Of a stretch of DNA of 64,000 bases, positions 1-11,285 are shown piece after piece. This DNA comes from Octopus sinensis (lineage: Eukaryota), in the NCBI RefSeq assembly GCF_006345805.1, contig NC_043000.1, positions 161,448,001 through 161,512,000 of the forward strand. The letters are read 5' to 3'. The notes beneath the pieces are model-generated. The model saw only the letters and a list, made by a program, of their open reading frames with translations, searched no databases and was not told the DNA's origin. The translations under genes were made by a program, and so were the position numbers. Numbering within the stretch: the first letter of the stretch is position 1; the number at the start of each line of letters is the position of its first letter.

Positions 1-419
1 TTAGATTAAGTGGAGAAATTACTCAACTACAGATAGCTAGAATGTGAGAAATGGAAACAGTAACAATCCCTACAATGCTTTGCAAATGCCTAAGAAGGCT
101 GATGACAAATACTGGGAGCCCACAAACTGTGTGGAAGATAGAGACTAATGGAATTTGCAGGTGACAAACCTAGTCATTAAGTGTGCAGTTAAAATGCCGT
201 CGTACGTTTATGCTAGAAACTAATACTATAATATCGAAGTAAAGCGTAACGGAAGCTATTGATGGGATTGGAAACAATGTGTGCTTCATGAACATAAGTA
301 GAGTATTTGGAAGTGTGTACAACGTTTTCAAACTTAAGGATGAAGCAAGAAAACCAGCTGAAATGTGTGCCTATAACTGGTACCGCAATACTTCGTACAA
401 GGACATGTCAACGTCAAAA

Positions 420-805
420 TCTTTATATATAAAAGAGAGGTCGTGTGCTGTCTGTCTCTTACGATTTAGATTCCTAACTACTCCCACATTTTGCGGTGCA
501 GTTTAACCAAAACCGGGTATCTTATAGTCGGGATACATATCGAGCCCTTCTGGGTATTAGCGCGCGTCTACGATGAGTCTACGATTTAAAAAAAAATTTA
601 CCATAAATTTTTTCCCATTTTTTAATGCATTTTTGGAAGTAACTCTCTAAAAATTTATTATTAAATCTCAGAACGTAAAAAGCCACAGTAACATCCCCGC
701 TTTGTGGTTAGCCATATTGAGATGGCTATTATACTTTACATCTCTAAAAATGCTTATATAGTTATTTCCCTTACAAACCCGAGCAACGCCGGGCGATACT
801 GCTAG
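420..805 (+). mobile_element. Non-autonomous Helitron (386 bp)
   Basis: A|TCTTTATATATAAAAG 5' end followed by CTGTCTGTCT; 3' hairpin CCCGAGCAACGCCGGG then CTAG|T; A-T target, no TSD. Same 3' end as 29769-30151 and 30317-30700. Confidence 0.8.
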
Positions 806-1132
806 TGAACTATATATTGAATGACATTGCCTCATGAGCAGATTGTTGCCTGAGCAGCATCGTTCGGACTGGTTTTGAAAGAATACGATCACATAACACG
901 CACATGGTCACATTCATTTAGACATGTATACGAATATATATGTGTATGAGTGTACATATATGTATACACACGCCCTCACACACGCATGTGATCAATTACT
1001 CTTAAATGTTAAGTACATCACTTCTAGCATCCTGCATTATGCTACAAAGGTGACAACGTCGTCCGTACCAGTGGTCCTTGCCAAGACACTTGCGTGTCAC
1101 TTTACAATTACCACCTCTGTTGGAAGTGTATT

Positions 1133-1706
1133 AATGATAATAATAATGATAATAATAATAATTATAATAATCATAATTATAATAATCATAATAATAATAA
1201 TTAATAATAGTAATAATAATATAATAATAATAATAATGATGATAATAATAATAATAATTGATGATAATAATAATAATAATGATAATAATAATGATAATAA
1301 TAATAATAATAATAAAAATAATAATAATTAATAATAATAATAATAATGATAAAAATTAAAATGATAATAATAATAATTAAAAAATAATAATAATAATGTT
1401 ATTAATTAAAATAATATAATTATAATAATAATAATAATAATTAATAATAATGCTTCAAATTAAAAAATAATAATAATAATAATACTAATAAAATAATAAT
1501 TAATAATAAAATATAATAATTAAAATAAATAATAATATTAATATAATAATAATAATGTTAATAATTATAATAAAATGTTATAATATAGTAATATAATAAT
1601 AATAATAATAATGAGAAGAAGAAGAAGAAGAAGAAGAAGAAGAAGAAGAAGAAGAAGAAGAAGAAGAAGAAGAAGAAGAAGAAGAAGAAGAAGAAGAAGA
1701 AGAAGA
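1133..1706 (+). repeat. Compound (AAT)n then (GAA)n microsatellite
   Basis: Seen directly. Confidence 0.95.
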
Positions 1707-2425
1707 CGACCACAGCGAATTGCAAATAGCATGTACGTGTAACGCTGAGCTGCCGGGAAGACAGGACAAATCTGAAACCAACGTGAAGCAGGAATTTATA
1801 ATCCGAAAAAACAATGAAATAAGACTATATTTTAATCCAAGTCATCTCGGTAAACCGAAAGATTTTACTTATATGGACTATATATATAAGTAAGCGCTTC
1901 CATCAGATGCGCCGCCACAGTAAAATGTGCGGGAAAATGCAAACATATGGCCTGCAATAACTCTGTACGAAAACTGCAAATCTGTAAGTAAAAGTTTCGT
2001 CACATATGCATCCATAACTAGAGAAATCATCTACATTATATGCACATTGCTGTTTCTTCTTGGTCTCTCGCTTATATATCAATAATTATTATAACGACGA
2101 AAGAAACATTAGCACATATCCATGGGAGGTGAACTGTCAAAATGTAAGCGCTGTACAGACGGATCCATAACAAAACCTAACAAAACGATGGACAGATAAC
2201 CATAAATGCAATGAAATGATTGATCTATGATTTACACACTCTACTATGCAACAACCTCCAAAACATACAATCAATACTCAATAAAATGAACAAACGTGCT
2301 ACAACATGTGCCATAGAAGTCCGATACCCAACAGAACTCAACCTGCATTGCACAAACAACACAAAACAATACAAAAACAAATACGACAAACGACTCAAAC
2401 CAAGCCCTGTAACAAAACGTACTGA

Positions 2426-2835
2426 TGCAAGGAGTGGCTGTGTGGTAAGTAGCTTCTCTACCAACCACATGGTTCCGGGTTCAGACCCACTGCGTGGAAC
2501 CTTGGACATGTGTCTTCTATAGCCTCGGGCCGACCAAAGCCTTGTGAGTGGATTTGGTAGACGGAAACTGAAAGAAGCCCGTCGTATATATGTATATATA
2601 TATATGTATGTGTGTGTTTGTGTGTCTGTGTTTGTCCCCCTAGCATTGCTTGACAACCGATGCTGGTGTGTTTATGTCCCCGTCACTTAGCAGTTCGGCA
2701 AAAAGAGACCGATAGAATAAGTACTGGGCTTACAAAAAAAGAATAAGTCCCGTGGTCGAGTTGCTCGATTAAAGGCGGTGCTCCAGCATGGCCGCAGTCA
2801 AATGACTGAAACAAGAAAAGGAAAGAAAAAGAAAT
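2426..2835 (+). mobile_element. tRNA-derived SINE family A (internal TA/TG microsatellite, LINE-like tail)
   Basis: Head GGAGTGGCTGTGTGGTAAG..GGTTCAGACCC, body ACCTTGG(G)CAAGTGTCTTC, tail GGCGGTGCTCCAGCATGGCCGCAGTCAAATGACTGAAAC; several other copies in the window. Confidence 0.9.
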
Positions 2836-3131
2836 GCAATATTCCCCGAAAGCAAGAAAAATGAAGTATGCATCCCACAGTCACAAAAGGGCGGCAAGTG
2901 AAGCAGCAGAAGGTTACTTGTAACTATCAGATGTCGAATAATAAACGCGACAGCGATTGTACAGTGTAAATTGCCTGACTGGGAAATTTAGTAAAAATCT
3001 AGCAATTTTTGGACAAGTCGATAACATCGTCCTCAGTTCTCAATTAGTACTTATTTTATCGTCCCACGAGGGATGAATAATAGTCCGTCACTATAGTATA
3101 TATTATTCTAATTTTATACAGTAAGAGATAT

Positions 3132-3219
<88 letters not shown>

Positions 3220-3468
3220 TACAAGATAAGAAAATGAGAGAAAACACATCTAAATCAAATATCAATTACCAGATAATACTCAATCACATACTTTATTAAA
3301 CCACCACCTAAGAGACTGTAGGGTTAAATATAAAAAGCAGAACAAATCAGTGTACATAAAGGAATGTACATAAAAAAGTGTACATAAAAGAGTAATGTTG
3401 TATAATAATTAGAATATATATAAAAAAGGATATAAATACAAGTAAATATAAATATAAGCATACATTAT

Positions 3469-3595
3469 ATCTTACAGCTGTTTCGGCCATGTCGATAATT
3501 ATGTCTCATTTTACCAATATTAGCCCTTTATGGTTGGTCAATATATAGATATAAATGAGACATTAACAAAAATATCACAAGGCCTCTTCGGAGAT
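3469..3595 (-). ncRNA. Type-I hammerhead ribozyme motif (core variant CCGAAGA) in a non-autonomous Penelope-like element (~3230-4160)
   Basis: Minus strand: atct-CCGAAGA-ggcc..(11-bp inner stem atgtctcattt/aaatgagacat)..ggcc-GAAA-cagctg-TA-agat; palindromic ACAGCTGT helix III, GUA triplet. Confidence 0.65.
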
Positions 3596-4160
3596 TATGT
3601 AATATAACACAGTCTATACATATACCCACATGAGTGCGGGTGCGTATCCATAATACAACATATATATATACATATGAGTGTATATACTCACACTCCTATG
3701 CATATAAAAAAATATACATTTACATAATGATATAAATAAATAATATAAATTAGTAAACATATATATGTGTTCCACACCAAATGTCTCAGTTTTTCAACTT
3801 AATATTGTGATAATAAACATACACAAATTAATATCTAGATGTAAATATACATAGTCAATAGTACATTATATTACTTCATAATAGTTTCCAAAGTGTCATT
3901 AAAGTTAGTATCATTATCGCTGTCAATACAATTAATGTTATCATTGTTATCATTCATAATATTATTAATAACTCTTACATTATGATCCAGAGCAGAGGTA
4001 AATCATTTTACCTTTGCCCAAATAATACAGTAAATGAATTGATTGCATCGCAATCATTAACATTTATGTATTAACTTTATTGGGTACTTCACTAGCAGTA
4101 TATTGGACATACGTTATCCCATAGAGGGTTGCATTTACAACCCCTATCTCAATTTGTAAC

Positions 4161-4204
<44 letters not shown>

Positions 4205-4644
4205 ATATATATGTTTAAAGAGAGAGAGAGAAAGCGAGAGACAGAGACAGAGAGAAACATTAATAAGTACATTTTTAACATTTTTAAGCCATAAGATTAT
4301 TCGTCTATGTTTCTTAGTTTGTAATGCTTTAACTGTGGAGCCCAAAAAATAGGTCATGTATGATATTTATATCGATTCTAAGGTCATTTGTTGATAGATA
4401 TTCACATTATGTGTGCTATATATTTTACAGTCCACAGATCATTAGAGGTAACTAATCCACTTTGTTCAATGAGTTTGTGTGCTCAACTCCACCCGAAAAC
4501 TTTTTCCTCCGATTTGAAAATGTGGATGCATTAAATCTTTTACAGATTTACAAACGTACTTATAACAAAATTAACTTCATTTTAGGTAGATTTCGTCTTC
4601 GATTTTATTCCCTACATAAGAACTTTTACTTATTCCTCTAAAGA

Positions 4645-4692
<48 letters not shown>

Positions 4693-4762
4693 TATATATA
4701 CATATATATATATAAATAAAATGAGAAGGGAGTCGAACGACGATTTAACAAAATTCCTTTAT

Positions 4763-4843
4763 TCTCGACACATGTTTCGAAGACTGCATATTCTTAATTC
4801 CGAAGGAACAAAGGGTGCATTATGCCGTCTTCTCATCAGGAAA
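4763..4843 (-). ncRNA. Type-I hammerhead ribozyme motif (canonical core) in a (TA)n-flanked element (~4718-4940)
   Basis: Minus strand: tttc-CTGATGA-gaagac(g)gcata..tatgc(a)gtcttc-GAAA-catgtg-TC-gaga; 6+5 bp helix II, GUC triplet. Confidence 0.85.
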
Positions 4844-4933
4844 GACAAGGAATTATGTCAGCATCATGACGAACAAAAACTTTTAGATGACTGCCCACAC
4901 GGAGTCCATAGTGATAATGAGTGTTTCTTTAAA

Positions 4934-4973
<40 letters not shown>

Positions 4974-5071
4974 TCAATATAGGGTAGCAAAAAAAATTTT
5001 GTAGAATTCTTTTTGCCACCAGCGCCTAGTGGGAAAAAATTAAATAGTCATAGACCATTTTTAAGTTCAAC

Positions 5072-5328
5072 ATCAACAATCAAGGACGGCCATGATAGGC
5101 CATTCACCCACTAGAAACAACAGCCAAAGCTTCAACCGCAAAAAAGATTAATTCCGTAAACAGGAGAAAATTTAAAAAAACATTTACCCTGTAATTTCTC
5201 AAGAAATTACAGGGTAAATGTTTTTTAAATTTTCTCCTGTTTACGGAATTAATCTTTATTTGCGGTTGAAGCTTTGGCTGTTGTTTCTAGTGGGTGAATG
5301 GCCTATCATGGCCGTTCCTTGATTGTTG

Positions 5329-5330
<2 letters not shown>
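5072..5330. repeat. 259-bp near-perfect palindrome (fold-back element)
   Basis: Arms ATCAACAATCAAGGA..GTAATTTCT / AGAAATTAC..TCCTTGATTGTTGAT around a 2-nt loop at 5200-5201. Confidence 0.92.
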
Positions 5331-5370
<40 letters not shown>

Positions 5371-5440
5371 CTGTGTGTGCGATCGCGTTTGTGTCCTTGG
5401 CCATTTTCTGTCTCCGTCTTGCCTTCTTTGGACTTATTCT

Positions 5441-5475
5441 ATATTGCTGATGAAGAGTTCCGCTCGAAACGTGAA
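5441..5475 (+). ncRNA. Degenerate minimal hammerhead-like motif
   Basis: CTGATGA-a-gag-ttccg-ctc-GAAA-cgt; helix I and NUH triplet not recovered. Confidence 0.35.
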
Positions 5476-5570
5476 GTCCTCTTTCTTTTCTTTCCTTTCC
5501 TGACCGCCCAATAACACTGTACTTATTCCACGTCCTCTCGTTGTTGTTTTTTCATGTTTGTATTGACTTA

Positions 5571-5602
<32 letters not shown>

Positions 5603-5870
5603 GGTATCTGAAAGGTAATTTTGTTTTGTCTTGTGGCTGCACTTTTAGTAATAATCTGTGAGCTCTACACCATTTCAAATTTTTGACGTATATTAAAAAA
5701 TTTATCTTGAAAAGAAATATATTTCATGGTTCTCTATTCCAACAGTTATATTTTTTCAAAATAAATAACATCCAACAGTAATTTATTTTTCAAAATAACC
5801 GTGGAATTTCAACAGATACTGTTGTAATAATCACGTGAATGTTTACAATATAAAAGAAAACTTACAATAT

Positions 5871-6355
5871 AGGTGCAGGAGTGGTTGTGTTGTACGAAAC
5901 TTGCTTTTCAACCTCATGGTTTCGTGTTCAGTAAGTCCCACTGCGTGGCACCTTGGTCAAGTGCCTTCTACTATAGCCTCAGGCCGGCCAAAGACAATAT
6001 TTGAACCTAAAACGTAGACATTAACGAAATCTTAATGAAGGTTTTGTGAGTAGACCTGGTAGACGGATACTGAAAGATTCCCGTCGTACTCCCACCTATA
6101 TACTATATATATATATGTATGTATGTATGTATATATATATATATCTTTGTGTGTCTGTGTTTGTCCCCCCACCATCGCTTGAAAACCCATAATAGTGTCT
6201 TTACGTCCGCGTAACATAGCGGTTCCGCAAAAGTGACCGATGGAATAAAATACTAGACTTACAAAGAATTAGTGCTGGCGTCGATATGTTCGACTAAAAG
6301 CGGTGCTCCAGCATGGCCACAGTCAAATGACTGAAACAAATAAAAGAATAAGAAA
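5871..6355 (+). mobile_element. SINE family A, diverged, with a ~40-bp internal insertion
   Basis: Head, body and GCGGTGCTCCAGCATGGCC..GACTGAAAC tail align with 2426-2835. Confidence 0.85.
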
Positions 6356-6802
6356 ACTTAGTAAATACATGAATTTGCTAAAAGGCGAAAATATTAAAAC
6401 ACGTATTACATGCCAATGGACATAATAAAAGTTAAATTCATCTTTGAAACAAGCATCTCAGTTATCAAGAATATAATCACGCTATTGGAAATAATATTAG
6501 TGAATATGAATTACTCTTTAAATAAACAATTAGAAGTATTCACTTCATATAATGTTACATTGCATACGTATATTAACAATGCATAAATTTATCACAAAAA
6601 GAACTTAGAGTTCAATAATGCCAGTGGTGGATAAAATATATAACATGACAACTCGGATGTTGATGCCGATAAATTGCCACGCTCAAAAATGTATTTCACG
6701 ATATCTAATATTCCGGAAAATATAGGATATAATTAGACAGAACAAGTCACGTGTAGATCGAACAAAGTGAAGGTCCAGCGCATTATATTTTGTGAATATG
6801 AT

Positions 6803-6845
<43 letters not shown>

Positions 6846-6847
6846 TG

Positions 6848-7169
6848 GGAGTATAACTCCAAACTAACAGGGAAAAATTCAATTTAGTATTAAATCAAAT
6901 TTCACAGTATAAAATATAAAATATAAATTAGAGATACATAAATAACAAATAATAGATATTTTTATAAAATATATAACTTATAATTAGATCTCAAAAAGTA
7001 TAAAATGAATGATAAATATATAATATATATTTATTTATCATTCATTTTATATTTTTTGAGATCTAATTATAAGTTATATGTTTTATAAATTTATGTGTTA
7101 TTTATGTATTGGTTTATGTCTATCACTGTTTGGGTTGCATAATAGTGGTTTTATCTCTAATTTATATTT

Positions 7170-7175
<6 letters not shown>
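6848..7175. repeat. AT-rich fold-back: two inverted copies of one element
   Basis: Inner inverted arms 6961-7018 / 7030-7089; outer match AAATTAGAGATA (6925) / TATCTCTAATTT (~7152); flanked by (TA)n and (CA)n. Confidence 0.8.
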
Positions 7176-7257
<82 letters not shown>

Positions 7258-7722
7258 GAAATATTGAATTTCTAAACGTCTCAAAGAGACATAAGCGGTG
7301 GTGGAGCAATATAGTGGTCGTATACTGTCAACTCAATGTGATAGCCCCGTAAGGGAATTACACCACCGCCATTTAGCCCTAGGAAACATTGACATCTCCT
7401 GTCGGCTTTGACACAGTTTCTGTGTCCTTATATTTGCAAAGGGGAGGAAATCACCCCCGCCAGCTGGGACTAAGCACCTGAAGACATATGTTTCTGAGTC
7501 TATTGCTCGTCGTCAGTTCAGGGTAGCCTGTCTCGGTCGCTGAGATGATTGCAACCTCTTCGCAAATATATCATATTTACAGTAAAATTTATTTACTGAT
7601 CACCGAAATTTTAAATATTGAATTTCTAAATGTATCAGAGAGACATAAGAGGTGGTGGAGCGATATAGTGGTGTAATTCCCTTACGGGACCGTCACATTG
7701 AGTTGACCGTATACGACTACTT
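7258..7722 (-). mobile_element. Non-autonomous Penelope-like element with direct plus inverted terminal repeats
   Basis: ~60-bp direct repeat (7258-7318 / 7613-7672), each followed by the same ~48-bp segment in opposite orientations; contains an HHR; sits between (TA)n tracts. Confidence 0.7.
7478..7521 (-). ncRNA. Minimal type-I hammerhead ribozyme motif
   Basis: Minus strand: ctgaa-CTGACGA-c-gag-caataga-ctc-a-GAAA-catatg-TC-ttcag; perfect 5-bp helix I, palindromic ACATATGT, GUC triplet; C.A mismatch at the base of helix II. Confidence 0.8.
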
Positions 7723-7745
7723 TATATATATATATATATATACAC

Positions 7746-7874
7746 TTATTTAAAGCAGCAGAAAATTCAACAAAACCTGTTACTCTGAGTTTCTCGTTGC
7801 CGTTCATCGGACAGTTTTTGCTAGCAAAAACTCAGAGTAACAGGTTTTGTTGAATTTTCTGCTGCTTTAAATAA
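7746..7874. repeat. Palindrome centred on GCTAGC; left arm carries a minimal hammerhead-like motif (7778-7813, minus)
   Basis: ~48-bp perfect arms; minus strand tgt-CCGATGA-a-cg-GCAA-cg-a-GAAA-ctcagag-TA-aca; right arm lacks the ~25 bp between two AAACT. Confidence 0.8.
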
Positions 7875-7946
7875 AGCATATTACTCTACCACTGGTATTT
7901 GAGTACTCTTTTTTCCACTTGTTTCACATTTATGTGTTTACTCCGG

Positions 7947-7977
<31 letters not shown>

Positions 7978-8259
7978 GTGTGTGTGTATGTATATTTGCA
8001 TATATGTCTCTGTGTGCGCGCGTGTGTGTGCGAGAGAGAGAGAGAGAGAGACTGTGTGTGTGTACATAGACAGACACATGCACACTCACACTTATTCTAC
8101 GTATGTGGGACCATACGTCGATTCCGACTTAGCGTGATTAGTAGCTGGGAATTACAGAAATACGGGTTCTCTTAACGTAATTTTCAAGTAGAATGAGCAT
8201 GACACTATATGATTATGTTGAACTTGTGGTATTACAAGTACATTCCACCTAATTGGCCG

Positions 8260-8433
8260 CTCCATAGCTTCCATTGACAGAAATCCATTCACAAGATTTT
8301 GGTTGGTCAGCAGCTGTTTTATCATTTACTTGTTTCTTATACGTTCAGACTACGCTGGAGCGCCGCCTTGAAGAATATTATTCGAACGAATCGACTAAGT
8401 GGGGGTGGGGACAAACACAGACAGAATAACTCA

Positions 8434-8460
<27 letters not shown>
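8260..8460 (-). mobile_element. SINE family A fragments
   Basis: GCTGGAGCGCCGCCTT tail and GGGGACAAACACAGAC segment. Confidence 0.55.
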
Positions 8461-8470
<10 letters not shown>

Positions 8471-8504
8471 ATATATTATATAGATATATATATATATATA
8501 TATA

Positions 8505-8546
<42 letters not shown>

Positions 8547-8547
<1 letters not shown>

Positions 8548-9740
8548 TGCATTTAGGCAAAATAATGGAAACACTAGCATCATAATTTTGAAATATCTAA
8601 AACTGGCAAAACTTGTTATTTTTGTATTTTTATGTGTTATAGTGTTGCTTAATATGTTTGCTAAATTGCTATTTTTTTCAGATATCAGCAGAAAAGGTAA
8701 TTAAATCATTAGAATGACAGATCTATCAGATTTTCTAAGAGGTCAATTATTGTGCTCGTAGGCAGGCGTAGCGTAACAGAAACGGCGAAATGTTGGTGTA
8801 TCAAGAAAACTGTCTCGAAAGTAATAACTTTGAGAAAGAGGGAAAAACCTCTTCGTCAAAACAAAACTCCGGAAGAAAACCAAAACTTTCAGACTCTTAT
8901 GCGAATTGTTAAAAAGGATCACAAAATTACAGCAGAGCTTAATGACCACCCCGAGAACCCAGTTTCCGCAAAAACCGTTCGCCAGGAGCTGTACAAAGCC
9001 GGGTTTCACGGGAGGGCTGCAATCAGAAAACCAGTACTTTCATAAACAAACGTTGTGGAGTAAAAACCTACAGAGTTGGTCCATGGAGCAGTTGAAAAAT
9101 GTTATTTACTCGGACGAATCATCCTTTACCTTATTTCCGACCACCGGCCGAGTATACGTGTGGAGACAGCCAAATGAAGCATTTGACCCAGACTGCTTTC
9201 TTCCAACTGTTAAACATGGAGAAAGAGCTGTGATGATCTGGGGTGGGGTATATCTTGGAAATCTGCCGGCCCAATGGACTCCCTTCATGGCAGAATTAAT
9301 AGTCAAGACTATTTAAGCATTTTATCTGATCAAATTCATCCTATGGTTGCGGAACTGTTTCCGGAGAGAAATGCAATGTTTCAGGATGATAATGCACCAA
9401 TTCACACAGCTAAAGTTGTTAGTAAATGGCACGAAAAACATTCCAGTGAAGTTGAACATCTTATCTGGTCACCACATTCCCCAGATCTCAATATTATTGA
9501 ACATTTATAGCGCATTTTAGAAAAACAAGTAAGGAGTCGATATCCTCCACCATCATCATTACAAGAACTGGAGACTGTTTTAGCTGAAGAATAGACAAAG
9601 TTTCCTTTGGAAACAATTCAAACTTTGTACGAATCCATACCTCGTAGAATTCAAGCTGTAATTATTGCCAAAGGCGGTCCTACCCCATATTAAAATAAAT
9701 TTGCCTGAAATTTTAATGTTCCCATTTCGTCCAACCCCAG
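8547..9740 (+). mobile_element. Tc1/mariner DNA transposon, DD36E (Incomer-like), inactive; transposase 8714-9693
   Basis: MTDLSDF..., VIYSDESSFTLFPTTGRVYVWR, FQDDNAPIH + 36 residues to NIIEHL, ends GGPTPY*; degenerate TIRs (CAAAATAATGGAAACAC / TGTTCCCATTTCGTCCAACCCCAG); (TA)n on both sides; frameshifts and stops. Confidence 0.92.
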
Positions 9741-11285
9741 TATATATATATATATATATATATATACTTTCAGTTTCCGCGTACCAGTGCACTCATAAGA
9801 CTATTGCTAGCACGTGGTTATACCTATATAATACCAACAATATCTTCTCAGACTTTCGACAACAATCAAAAGCAACATGAGCATCTTATTAAACATTACA
9901 CCCTCAGTTAAAGAGGATGATAAATACAGCATAAAATTATCTAGTCGATCCCAAAATATACAACGTCAGGAAATTGTGTACTTTCACGTATAGAAGAAGA
10001 ACATCGCACCATAAACAATCTATACTAATCAAATAAAAAGATCTGCATTTTCTGAAATATCTACTCAGATAAAACTGAAAACGATATTATAGATGTTACA
10101 TCATAAAACATCTGCTTTGTCGATAGGAAAAAGTGAAATGTTCATAATATACCGGCTTAACTAACTAGGAAATGCGAATATCATAAAATCATTTGCTCCA
10201 ATTGAACAACGAAATATCCAGGAAAACGTAGTAGGAAAATACAAAGGTGGTCAGCATTAAATACACGACTACATCAGAAAGTAGAAATGGTATTTTCTTG
10301 TGTTACTTAAATTATCTAACAAGCGCATCTTCTGTTAAACCAGTGACTCACTAATTCTATAAAGGAATTTTCAGATATTCAATCTTTGATATCAGACAAT
10401 ATTCCTTCATCTAATAACTTGCCTTTGATTATTCTTATGGAATTATTCAATCATTAACTGCGTATTGATCCTTGTTTTAGTCCTCAAATTCTCCTAATTA
10501 ATTTTCCAGATTACTTCAGTATATCAAAGAATTCTTGACACCTTTTTTTTTATTTTTGTTCATTTCTTCTTTTCTTTTTTCTTTGCTGATTTATCATTGA
10601 TAGGGCGGTTAGGCAACAGAGTTGTAAGGGAGATGGATAGAATGCTTCACGGTGTTTCTGTGGCCCTCTGCTCTGTTAGTTCAAATCCTGCTGACAACAA
10701 CTCTGTTGTTCATATTTACGAGGGCGATAAATAAAGTATCAGTCCGGAGCCGATTCGTCTTCTCTTTCTCTGATTATTCCAGAACTGACAACACGACGCA
10801 AATTAGCAACGACAGGTGAATTGAGACATGTCTCAATACCCACAAAAATACCCACATGGCTAGAATTTCTGAGACAAAGAATGGTCGATTATATCGAGAC
10901 CGATATTTTATGGATAATCTCACTTTTTTTTGCCCTGTAAATATATAAGGCCAAGTTAGCCAGGGATGCTAATATACCCTGTATTTATAGATCTAAACAA
11001 ATGCTGCAAGTACCGACGCTCAGAAGATTCCTTTAGCCACATCAATGAAATGAAGCAAAACGAAGGCAAGGAACCAAAGCACCGGATGATTGCATTTAAA
11101 GAAAGCCAGAGATTTTTTCACGGACCTTCTCTCTTAACTGAAAATGATAATTTTATAAATTTATTTATGTATAATCAAGTAAATTTAATACTACTGATTT
11201 ATATCCTACGCTATAACAATTTCCGTATTTTCATTTGTCTTAAACTTCAGGCATTTTTTTTCAGCATCAACTCAGGCTGAAATAT

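Larger units (their letters stand above)
250..2060 (+). pseudogene. Possible highly degraded piggyBac transposase 3' relic, interrupted by a Helitron and microsatellites
   Basis: Weak mosaic resemblance: ARKPAEMCAYN (~345-380), NVKQEFII (~1780-1805), and Cys-rich ACNN..ENCK..IIYIICT (~1945-2050) like the piggyBac C-terminal cysteine-rich domain. Needs several frameshifts. Confidence 0.25.
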
